A DNA stretch of 64,000 nt from Nitrosopumilus sp. (GTDB taxonomy: Archaea > Thermoproteota > Nitrososphaeria > Nitrososphaerales > Nitrosopumilaceae): contig OZ242186.1 in NCBI GenBank assembly GCA_965205675.1, positions 384,001 to 448,000 of the forward strand. The letters are read 5' to 3'. The position numbers were made by a program, and so were the translations under genes. Below, in pieces: positions 1 to 10,878 of the stretch. The notes below the pieces were generated by a model that was not told the DNA's origin, did not search any database, and saw nothing but the letters and a program-made list of their open reading frames with translations. Numbering within the stretch: the stretch's first letter is position 1; every line of letters starts with the position of its first letter.

Positions 1-742
1 GTATTTTCCTTGCTTCCATACTTCCTCAACTGCATTGAACTGTGGTGAGCCTTTTGGAAACCAATTCAATAGAACATCATCTGCATTCTCATCAAGATAT
101 TTTTGTACTAGTTTTGATCTGTGTTGTGGTGCTCGGTCTACATAGACTAGAATCTTGCCAAACTTTCTGTGCAATTCCTTTAGATAATCCAAAAAACAGT
201 ACTGATCAAATTTTTCATATTGTCTGAATAATTGCCTGCCGTCATGAGTCAGTGCACCAAAAATGATTGTTTTTTGATGTGACCCGTTTACTAGAATAAT
301 TGGACGGGTTCCTTTCTTTACCCACATCTTTTTTCTAAATATCGCATCAGCAGTAAAGATGGACTCATCTTGTGCAAGAACTGTAAAGCCTTTTGCTATT
401 TTTGAGGCTATTTGTTCTTTGGAGTTTTTTTAAACCAGAGTTTTTCCTCAACACTAGCTGAATTTACAAATCTCTTTGCTGCAACCTTTGGAACAAATCC
501 CCATTTGTGTAATAATCTGTACACATGAACCTCATGATATTTTACACCTGATTTTTGATAAATCAGATTCATCACTTGCTTTGCACTCCAGCCGGATTGT
601 TTTTCTGCAATTTGTAGTTGAATGCTGACTAGTTTCTTTTTTGGTATACTAGTTGGTCTGCCAGTTCTAGGCAAGTCTTGCAGTCCTGCAATTCCATATT
701 CTGCAAATCTATCTAACCATTTGTATGCCCATGAACGTATAG

Positions 743-1249
743 TTAAGGCATTAAATATTTGAACACTTTAACAACTCGAACCGCTCCATTATCTAGTCTC
801 TTCTGCATGTGTTTTCTCATTTCAGTTCCATTTGCAAAGAATGTATTGGCATTACCATTTTTCTCTTCTCTCCACTGTATCTCAATTGGATTGAGTTCTG
901 GAGTGTATGCAGGAAAATATCTAATTATTACTTTATTTTTTGGTGCTTTGAGAAATTCTTTTACTCGGACACTTTTGTGGTATGATGCATTATCTGCAAA
1001 CAGTAACAATTTCTTACCAAATTGTTTTTGCAGTGATTCTAAAAAATCAAGAAATGAGTCTGTGTTTGATTTATCATAGAACCTGCAAAAAAATACACCG
1101 TTATTGCCCAATGCACCAAATGATTGAAATTTTTCTCGAGTGTAATTAATTGGTGTGGTAATGTTATTGCCTGCAAGATACCATCCGCGCTTTATGTTGG
1201 GTGCTACTTTATTTGTTGACTCGTCCAGACATAGTGTGGTGTATCCCAA
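743..1249 (-). CDS. IS630 transposase, DDE part (orfB, probably joined to orfA by -1 frameshift)
   Basis: LDES...DNASYH...YTPELNPIE motifs; slippery TTTAAAAAAA on the minus strand near 1281-1290. Confidence 0.88.
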   Translation of the reverse strand: MGYTTLCLDESTNKVAPNIKRGWYLAGNNITTPINYTREKFQSFGALGNNGVFFCRFYDKSNTDSFLDFLESLQKQFGKKLLLFADNASYHKSVRVKEFLKAPKNKVIIRYFPAYTPELNPIEIQWREEKNGNANTFFANGTEMRKHMQKRLDNGAVRVVKVFKYLMP

Positions 1250-1803
1250 TTTGGAATATTTTTTGATACTCCTTTTTGCGTTTTTTTAAAACGGGTTTGT
1301 TCCTCTTTTGAGGCTGATTTGTGATGAGTCTGTCTTGGTTTTTTAGATGAGAATCCGATTCTGTGCAGCAATTCACGCATTCCTCTTGCAGAGTATAGCG
1401 TGTTGTATTTTTTATTCACATGTGTAATTACCATTCTTGTACTCCACATGAATTGATTGAATCCAAACTTTTCTGGACCTGAAATTAGATCATCTCTTAA
1501 TGACACTAGTTGTTTTTTATTTAAGAAACATCTAGAGCCAGAATATTCCTTACGGTGTGATGCAGTTATTCCCTCTTTATCCATTCGATTTAGCCAGTAG
1601 GACAGAGTTGATGGTATGACATCCAAACTGGCACATATCACAGAATACGGAATATCTTGTTTTCTTAGTATTGCAGCCTTTAATCTTATCTTCGCTTTTG
1701 CATTTTTTTCATTCTTGCATGTTTTTCTTAAAAAATTAATGCTTGTTCCTTTCATGAAATGGCTTCCTGAAGATACCATTAATGCTTTAGTTTGTTTTGA
1801 CAT
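1204..1803 (-). CDS. IS630 transposase, HTH part (orfA)
   Basis: HTH plus winged-HTH segment (WSTRMV...LLHRIGFS..KPR). Confidence 0.85.
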   Translation of the reverse strand: MSKQTKALMVSSGSHFMKGTSINFLRKTCKNEKNAKAKIRLKAAILRKQDIPYSVICASLDVIPSTLSYWLNRMDKEGITASHRKEYSGSRCFLNKKQLVSLRDDLISGPEKFGFNQFMWSTRMVITHVNKKYNTLYSARGMRELLHRIGFSSKKPRQTHHKSASKEEQTRFKKTQKGVSKNIPNWDTPHYVWTSQQIK

Positions 1804-2710
1804 GATTCTGTAAGTATAAACTATGATCTAGATCTTTTGGGTTAAAATAGTTGATAATTCGTTCAAAATTTATATGCCTAAACTATACACGTCCAAGATT
1901 CTTTGCAACATGTGATGCAATTTGGTTCTCAAGTAATACTCGCTTTATCAAAAATAGCCTTTCTTTTACCTTGACGTTCTTTTCATCTTTGTATGCTTGA
2001 ATTAATTTTTGATTATTCATGGTTTGATGTGTAATGTTTTGATCAATATGGCATTTGGTAAAATAAATCAGATCAACAGATCATAAAATTTTGTTAGAGA
2101 GTATACCTATAGGTAAATATGAATAGACAAATTGAAACATCTGAAAAATAACTCATAAACTTCTACTTCTTGCCATATGCAGATATTCTTTTCATAGTTT
2201 TTACTCCAATGGAATTATCCTTCCATATAGGGAAATACCGCCTTTGAAACATTTGGAACTACACGGTCAGCTTTACATCGTCATTACGAGATATCTTTAG
2301 GACAAACTATCTTAGTCTCTCTGGAACTCATATCAATCCGAAGTGTTTTCTCAATATCTGAAATGAAATTTCCAATGACTTTGCAGTCTTTGATTTGTCT
2401 ACAGATTGACCCAGAAACACACAAGCAACAGTAGTATCTCTAGCGTCCGTTTTGTAGTAGATAATCCCTCAACAACTAGTGTTCTGTAATATTTTTTAAT
2501 ATGATTCCAGTTTCAAAGGATAATTCAACTTTTATCTTGTTCAGGATCCATTTTAGCTTCTGCTCAAATTTGTGAATATCTCTTTTCTTTGAAATAGTTT
2601 TTATTTTAAGATTTGATATCTAGTGAAAATGGGCAAAGTTGGCTTTAAACTATACTTAGGTAGCCCTATATGGTTTTGAAAAAGAGAAATCGTGTGGATT
2701 TTGTGCGAGG

Positions 2711-2857
2711 TTATTCCATCTTTCCTATACGGAAGACGTTAGTACCACATGTTGGACATGTACCTTTTACGGCGGGACGTCCATTCTTTAGTGTAGTTTC
2801 TTTGGGATCTTTGATATCCCTTTTTGCTCTGCATTTTACGCAATATGCTTGAACCAT
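2711..2857 (-). CDS. Small Zn-ribbon protein (DUF5679-like), 48 aa, not in ORF track
   Basis: Manual translation MVQAYCVKCRAKRDIKDPKETTLKNGRPAVKGTCPTCGTNVFRIGKME; two CxxC motifs. Confidence 0.85.
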   Translation of the reverse strand: MVQAYCVKCRAKRDIKDPKETTLKNGRPAVKGTCPTCGTNVFRIGKME

Positions 2858-3107
2858 TATGAAATTTGTCAAACTTGGTGGTATTTAGGCAGAGGCTGTG
2901 AAAAATATTTCACTATAGACTAGATGTACGTAAATTTTTTTAGGCATCAAAAAAGCAATTTTATGAATATTTACAAATAATACAACTGTTTCTTTAAAAA
3001 AATATGAATAAGATAATATAAAATTATATTTTTTCTAAAATTCATTTAGTATGAGATAATTTCATCAATATTACCAATTATAAACTCCTTGATAATAAAA
3101 TCACAAA

Positions 3108-3608
3108 ATGGCATCAAAAAAAGGAATTGCAGTAACAGGTATAATTTTAGCAGCAATCACAGGTGCTAGTTTTTCACTGTGGATAATTCCTCAAGATGTT
3201 GAAACGACTTTTGTTGTATCTGATTATGGAAGCTATTTAGATGGAGTAAAAAATATCCACGAAGTTCTAAAAGAATCAATTGAAATTGAATATGATAATT
3301 TACTAACTGGGAAGATTTCTCCACAAGACTATGTTACAGTAACTGAAGTGACCTCCGATCAAGTGACTGCACAAATTAGCGAATTTGTGACATCTAAACC
3401 AACAAAAGAATGGCAAACAAGCTATATTAGTTATATGGAAGGTTTGAAATCGTTTAATTCGTATATTACAGAAACCAAGATTTTAGCCAATATGATTGAA
3501 AATGAAAATACTGATGAGAAAATGAAAGAAATTTTAGAAAAAATAGACATGTTAAAATCTGAATCAACAGAATTTATCAAAAAATCTGATGAAACTAGAC
3601 CAAGATAG
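3108..3608 (+). CDS. Membrane-anchored hypothetical protein
   Basis: N-terminal hydrophobic helix, then helical soluble domain. Confidence 0.75.
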   Translation: MASKKGIAVTGIILAAITGASFSLWIIPQDVETTFVVSDYGSYLDGVKNIHEVLKESIEIEYDNLLTGKISPQDYVTVTEVTSDQVTAQISEFVTSKPTKEWQTSYISYMEGLKSFNSYITETKILANMIENENTDEKMKEILEKIDMLKSESTEFIKKSDETRPR

Positions 3609-3678
3609 CCTCAAAACCGAATTTTACTATTTACATTAGTTGGAAATCGTTAAAAGGTAATTCTGCTATATAAAATGA

Positions 3679-4824
3679 ATGTCTCAACGAACAGGTAAAG
3701 TTGAAAAAGATGTTAGTGCATCTACTGCAAATAAATTACTAGTAATATGCATTGATAGAGATAATGATGTGGGAGATAAAACAGGTATCACAACACCTGT
3801 TGTTGGAAGAGATGCGTGTATAGAAGCAGCTCAAAGATTGGCATTAGAAGATCCTGAAGATGCAGATTCAAATGCCATATTTGCAGCAATTAAAACGTAT
3901 GAAGATTTAATTAGTAAAGGATACCAAGTAGAAGTTGTAACTGTAACAGGAGTTAAAGATAGAGGAGTTCAAGCAGATGAAAAAATTTTAGCAGAAACAA
4001 GAAAAGTTCTAGAAAAATTTTCTGCGAATGGAGCAGTTATTGTTTCTGATGGTGAAGATGACGAAAGTGTAATACCAGTTATTCAAAATGTATTACCAGT
4101 AGTATCAGTCCAACGTGTTGTAATGAAAGTAAGTAGAAGTGTAGAGTATTCTTATGCAGTATTTGGAAAATATCTCAAAATGTTGGCATATGATTCAAAA
4201 TATTCAAAATTCTTTTTGGGAGTACCAGGAATTCTTTTGTTAATTGGAGGAGTTGCAACAGTATTTGGCTATACTGCAGAAATATTTGCAGTGCTTGTTA
4301 GTATTTTGGGTGGAGCATTTTTGATCAGAGCATTTGATATTGATAGAGTGTGGTCAAGTTGGTCAAAACCTACACCTATGGGTTTTATCAGAATGTTTAC
4401 AATGGTAGCAGGTGTATTACTAATTCTTTCATCAGTTCCAGCAGGAGTTAGTGCGGTTAATCCTGAATTAGTTGAAGCAGATATGCAGTTCATTTCAATA
4501 ATTACTGACAAAACTATTGTGGGACAATTTGTATCAGGAGCACTGCCAATTTTATGGATAGGGATAGGTTCAATATTTGCAGGCACATTACTAAGTAATT
4601 GGATTGGTGAGATACCAAGACAAATCAGCGATATTTTGAGAATAATTGTTTTAGCAGCACTTTATCCAACCATATTACAATTTATCAATATTATGATTTA
4701 TGATGAACCCTCTCTTACATTGATTCCACCATTATTGGGAGGATTGGCTGCAACACTGATTTCAGCTACAATTCTCTTTAAGAAATATAGAAAACACAAA
4801 GATCAAGAGATGATTTCAGACTAA
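3679..4824 (+). CDS. DUF373 family membrane protein
   Basis: CIDRDND, DPEDADSN and SDGEDDE motifs; multi-TM C-terminus. Confidence 0.85.
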   Translation: MSQRTGKVEKDVSASTANKLLVICIDRDNDVGDKTGITTPVVGRDACIEAAQRLALEDPEDADSNAIFAAIKTYEDLISKGYQVEVVTVTGVKDRGVQADEKILAETRKVLEKFSANGAVIVSDGEDDESVIPVIQNVLPVVSVQRVVMKVSRSVEYSYAVFGKYLKMLAYDSKYSKFFLGVPGILLLIGGVATVFGYTAEIFAVLVSILGGAFLIRAFDIDRVWSSWSKPTPMGFIRMFTMVAGVLLILSSVPAGVSAVNPELVEADMQFISIITDKTIVGQFVSGALPILWIGIGSIFAGTLLSNWIGEIPRQISDILRIIVLAALYPTILQFINIMIYDEPSLTLIPPLLGGLAATLISATILFKKYRKHKDQEMISD

Positions 4825-4937
4825 ATTTATTAAAAAATCAAATAATAAATCAAAGATCTGAAAAACACTGATATTTTCTACCATGAATTATCAAATGGTG
4901 ACTAGGTATTAGTAAAATCAAAGATTTAGTTTTTCAA

Positions 4938-5699
4938 TTGTCAGGTCTCTACAAGATATACAGCAACAGATTAGAAAATGAAATTCAGAGTGGAGATATT
5001 CCAAATCATGTTGCATTAATTTTAGACGGAAACAGAAGATGGGCTAAAAGACATCTATCAATGCCAAAAAAGGGTCATTGGCAAGGAGCAGATGCAGTTG
5101 AAAATCTTCTTGACTGGTGTGAAGACTTTGATATCAAAATTGTTACTTTGTATGCACTATCAGCAGAAAATCTTGAAAGAAATGATGAAGAATTAGAATA
5201 TCTTTATGAGCTAATTCGAATGAGATTAGAAAAATTATTCAACGATCCTAGAATCCATCGAAGTAAAATGAGAGTAAAGGGCATTGGTAGAATTGAACTG
5301 CTTCCAGAATCTATTAAAGAAGTGTTAAAACGTCTAGATGATGTTACAAAAGATTACAATGATCATTTTCTAAACATTGCACTTGCATATGGAGGACAAA
5401 ATGAATTAGTAGATGCAGTAAAAAAAATTGGAGAGAAAATCAAAGATGGTTCTCTAGATTTGAAAGATATTAACAAAAAAGAAATTGAGTCCAATTTGTA
5501 TACATCTCATTTACCACAATCATCACCAGATATGGTATTAAGAACTTCGGGAGAAAAAAGATTAAGTGGATTTTTGATGTGGCAAAGTGCATATAGTGAA
5601 TTAGTCTTTATGGATATTTTTTGGCCTGAATTTAGAAAAATAGATTTAATGAGGGCAATTAGAACATATCAAGAAAGGAAGAGACGATTAGGAAAATGA
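4938..5699 (+). CDS. uppS: cis-prenyltransferase (polyprenyl diphosphate synthase)
   Basis: ILDGNRRW, RTSGEKRLSGF and WQSAYSE motifs; start uncertain. Confidence 0.93.
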   Translation: MSGLYKIYSNRLENEIQSGDIPNHVALILDGNRRWAKRHLSMPKKGHWQGADAVENLLDWCEDFDIKIVTLYALSAENLERNDEELEYLYELIRMRLEKLFNDPRIHRSKMRVKGIGRIELLPESIKEVLKRLDDVTKDYNDHFLNIALAYGGQNELVDAVKKIGEKIKDGSLDLKDINKKEIESNLYTSHLPQSSPDMVLRTSGEKRLSGFLMWQSAYSELVFMDIFWPEFRKIDLMRAIRTYQERKRRLGK

Positions 5700-6121
5700 T
5701 TGAAGAGACATCTGCAGGAATTGTATTATTTAGAAAAGAAGAAGGTAAAAAATTATTTTTGCTTTTACATTATCCCTCAGGACATTGGGATTTTGTAAAA
5801 GGTAAAATAGAGAAAGGAGAATCAATACATGAAACAGCTATCCGAGAAACAAAAGAAGAAACAGGGATTACAAATATTACATTTGTAGATAATTTTGAAG
5901 AATGGATTGAATATAATTTCCAATATCAAGGAGAATTAATACATAAAAAAGTAGTATTTTTTCTGGCTGAAACAAAAACTAAAGATGTAGAAATTTCTCA
6001 TGAGCATTTAGATTATACATGGATGGATTATAACACGGCAATGGAAAAAACGACTTTTGATAATGCAAAAACTGTTTTAACAAAAGCAGAAACGCTACTT
6101 TCCAAAACTTTGCAGTTGTAA
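5696..6121 (+). CDS. NUDIX hydrolase (Ap4A hydrolase-like)
   Basis: Nudix box GKIEKGESIHETAIRETKEETG. Confidence 0.9.
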   Translation: MIEETSAGIVLFRKEEGKKLFLLLHYPSGHWDFVKGKIEKGESIHETAIRETKEETGITNITFVDNFEEWIEYNFQYQGELIHKKVVFFLAETKTKDVEISHEHLDYTWMDYNTAMEKTTFDNAKTVLTKAETLLSKTLQL

Positions 6122-6835
6122 TTCTTTAGCTACATCTACAGGATTTTTGGAATTTAGTATTGTTCTACCTACGATTAGATAATTAGTCCCAGACGACACT
6201 ACTTCATTTGCATTGCCGCCTTGTGTGCCAACACCTGGAGAAAATATACTTAAATTTTTACCAGTTTTTTTAGAGCAATATTGAATAATTTTTGGAAACG
6301 TAGCTCCTACAACAATTCCATCAACTTTTGCAGCAAGTGCCCAATCCAAAAATAATTGGTACAATTGTTGTCTCTTCCCCATTTTAATTTCCATATCATA
6401 TGATAATTTAGCCTCAGGAGAGCTCATATGACATAAGGTGATGACACCTTTTTCCTTTCTGTGTGCAGATTTGACTAGATCTTTTAAACTATCAAGACCC
6501 ATTATTGGATTTGCAATAACTCCGTCAAATCCTAAATTCCATAAATGCTCAACAGTTACTCTATTGGTATTTCCAATATCATTGAGTTTGATATCTGCAA
6601 TTGTTTGTAACCCGTATCTATGAGCTGTTTTATTAATTTTCAAAATATCTTTTCTACCTAGAGGTAAAAGTAAATGAAAATTTAGTTTAATTCCACATAG
6701 ATATGGATGTAATTGCTTTATGTTCTGAATTGTTTTAGATTCTAAATTTTTGACAGATAAATCGTAATCATTGGCAAGAATAACTTTACCATTAGTTTTT
6801 GAGATCTGAGAGAGTCTAGTTTTGAAGATGGCCAT
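6095..6835 (-). CDS. pyrF: Orotidine 5'-phosphate decarboxylase
   Basis: ADIKLNDIGNT, SPGVGTQGG and IVGR motifs. Confidence 0.92.
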   Translation of the reverse strand: MAIFKTRLSQISKTNGKVILANDYDLSVKNLESKTIQNIKQLHPYLCGIKLNFHLLLPLGRKDILKINKTAHRYGLQTIADIKLNDIGNTNRVTVEHLWNLGFDGVIANPIMGLDSLKDLVKSAHRKEKGVITLCHMSSPEAKLSYDMEIKMGKRQQLYQLFLDWALAAKVDGIVVGATFPKIIQYCSKKTGKNLSIFSPGVGTQGGNANEVVSSGTNYLIVGRTILNSKNPVDVAKELQLQSFGK

Positions 6836-7496
6836 AATCAACTAGTGGGTGAGTGTCTTTTAATTTTATTATTTTAATATAAGAATAGCCATGTTCAGAA
6901 GGGCTTTCAACAAATATAGGGCGAGTACCATTTACTGTAGAAAATCTCAAAAAAGGTTTTTGTGGATCTGAATCCAATACAACATGACAAAAGTAGGAAG
7001 TTCCCTCATCATTAAAATTCATGAAAACTCCAATTAGCCATTTATCATTATGAGGAAATAAGAATAGAGGAAAAGGCATTTCTTCAATACCCCAAGTAAG
7101 TTTTGCAAGACTTGACATATCTTCTAATTGAATTGGTTGGTATCTATCAAGAGTGCCATTACCAGGTTGTAGTGTTTTAGGTAGAGACTTGATTCTCACG
7201 ATTGGAGAATAAAGTTTGCTTGCGTCAGAAGTAGTATCAACAATGTCAGATTCTTCTTTTCCTCCTTTTAACCCATAACAAAGATAATGACCATTATTTT
7301 CCATATTGGTGTAATATACAATTGGTTTTTCTTTTAAAACATCCATTTGTACAGATAAAATTTTCTTTCCATCATAATCATGTAAAAATGAAACACGTGG
7401 AGCACGTTCTAATGCACAAACGAGTCTGGTGAATTCTAAAGTTGAATGGACTTGAATATAACGTGGTAATTTATCAGTAGTTTGTAACTTGTCCAC
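6816..7496 (-). CDS. Hypothetical protein
   Basis: 226-aa ORF co-oriented between purA and pyrF. Confidence 0.75.
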   Translation of the reverse strand: MDKLQTTDKLPRYIQVHSTLEFTRLVCALERAPRVSFLHDYDGKKILSVQMDVLKEKPIVYYTNMENNGHYLCYGLKGGKEESDIVDTTSDASKLYSPIVRIKSLPKTLQPGNGTLDRYQPIQLEDMSSLAKLTWGIEEMPFPLFLFPHNDKWLIGVFMNFNDEGTSYFCHVVLDSDPQKPFLRFSTVNGTRPIFVESPSEHGYSYIKIIKLKDTHPLVDYGHLQN

Positions 7497-7545
7497 AGGG
7501 TTTAGCAGTAAGCTATCAAATTAAACTTATCCAAAATAAACGAGC

Positions 7546-8547
7546 CTAGCTTCTTCTATCAATAATATCATTAACAGTTGGACCTGTCCCAATAATTGTG
7601 ATGGGCGTATTTAATTCATTTTCAATATTTACAATGAATGCTTTGGCATCTTTAGATAATTCATTGTAAGAAGTCTTTCCTATACAATCAGTAAAGAGTA
7701 CATCTAATTTTGTTATGGAAATTTGTGTTGCACCATTAAGCATGATTGCACGCTTAGCTAAATCAAAATCAAAGTCTGCAGCTCTTCTTTGACGACCTGT
7801 AACTGTACCAAATTCAGACCAACCTTTTTTTTCTGCTTCCTCAAGAGACAATTCTTTCTCAAGAGGTCCAGTTCCAACACGTGTAACATATGATTTGAAA
7901 ACAACAATTACCTCATCTACTTTAGTAGGTCCAAGACCAATATCAGCACAGATTCCAGAAGCAGTAACATCTTTGGATGTGACAAAAGGATAGGTCCCAT
8001 GCCATAAAGAAAGAAAAGTTCCCTGAGTACCTTCTATCAAGACATTTTCGTTTGCATCTAATGCAGCATTTACCTCTAAAGGTACATCTACAATTAATGG
8101 GGATAATGAATCAAAATCTTTTGCTAGTTTTAAAACTCGCATTGCACGGTCAGCATTAGCAGGACCAGTACCAGAACCAGTACTACCAATTTTTTCTTTT
8201 AATTCTCCTTTTGAATCTCTATTCAAATGGGTCTCTTCAATAACACCACAGTGTTTATCAACAAAAGAACGACCAGATGTATCAAAATCTTGAATCTCTT
8301 TATTGAGAACTTTAGGATTAATAACAACACCAGGTCCAATCATTATTTTAGCATTTTTATTTAAAAATCCACTTGGGAGCATTCTTACTTTATACACTTT
8401 GTCACCATCTTTGATTGTATGGCCTGCATTAGGACCAGCTCCGCCACGAACAATTATTCTTGGATTATCTTTAATTGCCAAATATGAGATGATTTTTCCT
8501 TTACCTTCATCTCCAAAAAATCCACCAACAACTACAGTAGATGTCAT
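7546..8547 (-). CDS. purA: Adenylosuccinate synthetase (short archaeal form)
   Basis: GDEGKGK, GPNAGHT, EGTQG and GTVTGRQRR motifs. Confidence 0.96.
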   Translation of the reverse strand: MTSTVVVGGFFGDEGKGKIISYLAIKDNPRIIVRGGAGPNAGHTIKDGDKVYKVRMLPSGFLNKNAKIMIGPGVVINPKVLNKEIQDFDTSGRSFVDKHCGVIEETHLNRDSKGELKEKIGSTGSGTGPANADRAMRVLKLAKDFDSLSPLIVDVPLEVNAALDANENVLIEGTQGTFLSLWHGTYPFVTSKDVTASGICADIGLGPTKVDEVIVVFKSYVTRVGTGPLEKELSLEEAEKKGWSEFGTVTGRQRRAADFDFDLAKRAIMLNGATQISITKLDVLFTDCIGKTSYNELSKDAKAFIVNIENELNTPITIIGTGPTVNDIIDRRS

Positions 8548-8626
8548 ATTGTTAAACTTCTATTTCGTTTATTTAAGCTAAAGTGTTTTCCATGATTTTA
8601 TATTCAACATTGATCCGTTTAGATCT

Positions 8627-9088
8627 ATGGTAAACGAAAACTTTGCAGGAAATATAATTATTAACTTGGCAAATCTACCCGATTTTCTAAGAAATCCAAT
8701 TTTAAAAAAAAGAATGGTAGAATTTTTTTCATTATCTGAATCTGAAAGAAAAGAAGTTATCAATAATGCATTAGAAGCAGGCTCCACTATTCCCTTTTCT
8801 AATTTTTCAAAACTTTTCAAAACATGGCTTAAAATTTTAACAACATTGTCTGAAGAGCAAAGAAAGGGATTATTTTCAGCATACATTACAGAAGTTGCCC
8901 AATCTCCACAGAAATTAATTACTTTCAATATTGACGGCATATTAGAAATATTTTTGACATTAGAAGAAAATGAAAAAGAAATTCTTGCTACTACTATTAA
9001 AAACATAATTAATAATTTAGATGAAAATTCAAAAAGACGAATTTTATTAATTGTACCAGAAAATGCTAAAAAACATTTGAATTTTTAG
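8627..9088 (+). CDS. Hypothetical protein
   Basis: 153-aa ORF with protein-like composition. Confidence 0.7.
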   Translation: MVNENFAGNIIINLANLPDFLRNPILKKRMVEFFSLSESERKEVINNALEAGSTIPFSNFSKLFKTWLKILTTLSEEQRKGLFSAYITEVAQSPQKLITFNIDGILEIFLTLEENEKEILATTIKNIINNLDENSKRRILLIVPENAKKHLNF

Positions 9089-9366
9089 ATATTAGTAGGC
9101 TCATCAGGTTTTCTGTTATCTTCATTGGTGTAATCAATCACTTCTCCTTCTGGAGACAATACGCCTACAAAGATTTTCTCGTGTTTTTTCAGTAATTTTC
9201 GATGGTCCAACATTGACATATCAAGCTTCATTTCATTCATGACCATGATTTGATATTCTTTCCATTCAGCCCAACATTTGTTACATGTAGGATATTTTGC
9301 TGCAACTACACCTAGTTCCTCACTGTCAGGAATAGAATTCTTGCATTTAGTACAAGTACGACTCAT
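9085..9366 (-). CDS. Fe(II)-trafficking protein, YggX-like
   Basis: MSRTCTKC...CWAEWKEYQIMVMNEMKLDM resembles the YggX W..W...Q.M.INE motif; start corrected from ORF track. Confidence 0.75.
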   Translation of the reverse strand: MSRTCTKCKNSIPDSEELGVVAAKYPTCNKCWAEWKEYQIMVMNEMKLDMSMLDHRKLLKKHEKIFVGVLSPEGEVIDYTNEDNRKPDEPTNI

Positions 9367-9437
9367 GAAAATTAAGAATAATGAACTCCTTTTATCTTTT
9401 TTTGAATGTAAAACAATAATAATTATCAAAGAGCTAT

Positions 9438-9653
9438 ATGGACATGAAGATAAAATGCCCAAAATGTAATGAAGATGCAGAATTGGCAATGGATTATTCT
9501 GTTGTAAAATGTAGTTCTTGTGATTTGGATATGAGTTATGGAGAATATGTAAAATTTGTAGCTCATAATGAGCCAAAATATTCAGACATTTTAGGTGATT
9601 ATGCAAATAGTACAGAAGGACATACTTCAGGATCATTGGATGAATGGGATTAA
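9438..9653 (+). CDS. Small Zn-ribbon protein
   Basis: CPKC...CSSC. Confidence 0.75.
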   Translation: MDMKIKCPKCNEDAELAMDYSVVKCSSCDLDMSYGEYVKFVAHNEPKYSDILGDYANSTEGHTSGSLDEWD

Positions 9654-9713
9654 CAATACAGTGTAATCATCCACCAGATTAAAATAATTAGTTAAACCCA
9701 ACTTTATTCATCA

Positions 9714-10358
9714 TTGGAATTTTTATTAGAAAATATTCTTAATTTGGTAGGATTTTTAGTAGGACTTGCAATAGGTATAATGTCATATATTGGATTTAGA
9801 AATACAGGCAGTCCCACATTATTTAGATTAACAATTGCATTTTCTTCCATTAGTTTAGGATTTTTTGTTATATGGTCAGGATACATGGTAGAAGATTTTG
9901 TAACTAAAACAGGTAATATTGAAAGATGGATTCAAACCTTAGGAATTGCAATTCAAACAGTAGGTTATTTCTTTATTGCATTCTCACACAGCATAAAATC
10001 ATTTTTTCCAAAATCTAATTACTTTAGATCAGTTGGAATAGTACCATTATTCCTAGTTTCTTCTGTTCAGATAGAACATATTTTCCGAGCTGTTTCGTTT
10101 ATCTTGTTAGCATATGGTGCAATTGAAACAATGCTATCCTATTTTGAAAACAGACACAAAGGAACAATTTCAGTTGCTGTTGGATTAGGGCTTTTAGCAT
10201 TAGGAGAATTTGTTGGATGGTATTCATTTGTATTCCCAGAATCAATTCTGTACTTAGCATCAATAATAATCAAAATTAGTGGGTTGATAGCATTATTCAT
10301 TCCAGTAAGCAAGGTGCCATTAACTAAGATAAAATTTGATGAAGATTTAGAAGAATAA
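9714..10358 (+). CDS. Multi-pass membrane protein
   Basis: About 7 hydrophobic segments. Confidence 0.75.
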   Translation: MEFLLENILNLVGFLVGLAIGIMSYIGFRNTGSPTLFRLTIAFSSISLGFFVIWSGYMVEDFVTKTGNIERWIQTLGIAIQTVGYFFIAFSHSIKSFFPKSNYFRSVGIVPLFLVSSVQIEHIFRAVSFILLAYGAIETMLSYFENRHKGTISVAVGLGLLALGEFVGWYSFVFPESILYLASIIIKISGLIALFIPVSKVPLTKIKFDEDLEE

Positions 10359-10475
10359 GTATATAGGCTCAAAAATTAATAAAATCAAGAATTTGTCAAA
10401 TTCTTTTATCTTTTTAGTATATTGGAAAATATCAGTGTACTCTCATAGAAATTAAAATAATTATCAATAGTCCAA

Positions 10476-10763
10476 ATGGCAGAATATAGAACACATATGA
10501 AGATTATTGGAGATATCTTAGCAACAACAAGAGATGATCTACAAGATGAAGATGGGGCATCAGTTACTTATTTAATTAGAAAAGCCAACATTTCACATTC
10601 TAGAATTTCCACAATATTGAAAACATTAGTATCGCAAGGACTTTTAGAAAAAGTAGATAATCATGGTTCAAATAAATATAAAATTAGTGAGCCCGGAAGA
10701 GAATTTTTACAAGCATATTATACATTTACAAATTTTGCAGACAACTTTGGATTAAGTATTTAA
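10476..10763 (+). CDS. Winged-helix transcriptional regulator
   Basis: YRT..IIGDIL...KANIS...Y.I...GREFL pattern; paralog of 17744-18022. Confidence 0.85.
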   Translation: MAEYRTHMKIIGDILATTRDDLQDEDGASVTYLIRKANISHSRISTILKTLVSQGLLEKVDNHGSNKYKISEPGREFLQAYYTFTNFADNFGLSI

Positions 10764-10878
10764 TCAATTATCTCGCCAAATTCACTTAAATCATCTTCAA
10801 AATCATTATCTTCATAATCTAGCGTAGACATACTTTTCAAATAGATATCTGAACTGCTAAAAACTTATTCAAACATAA

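Larger units (their letters stand above)
740..1885 (-). mobile_element. IS630-family element (type B), apparently intact, inserted in IS630 A1
   Basis: 25-bp imperfect TIRs (tagttaaggcattaaatatttgaac / revcomp tagtttaggcatataaattttgaac); TA duplication at 738-739 and 1886-1887. Confidence 0.92.
1..2103 (-). mobile_element. IS630-family element (copy A1), cut by the window edge and interrupted by a second IS630
   Basis: Near-identical reverse complement of the intact element at 58701-59798; terminus ...ttttgttagagagta then TA at 2104-2105; orfA (start 2020) split at TA 738-739/1886-1887. Confidence 0.92.

Noticed and set aside
2106-2640. Possible decayed gene or IS remnant
   Set aside because: Minus-strand frames have several stops and no recognisable motif; cannot be assigned
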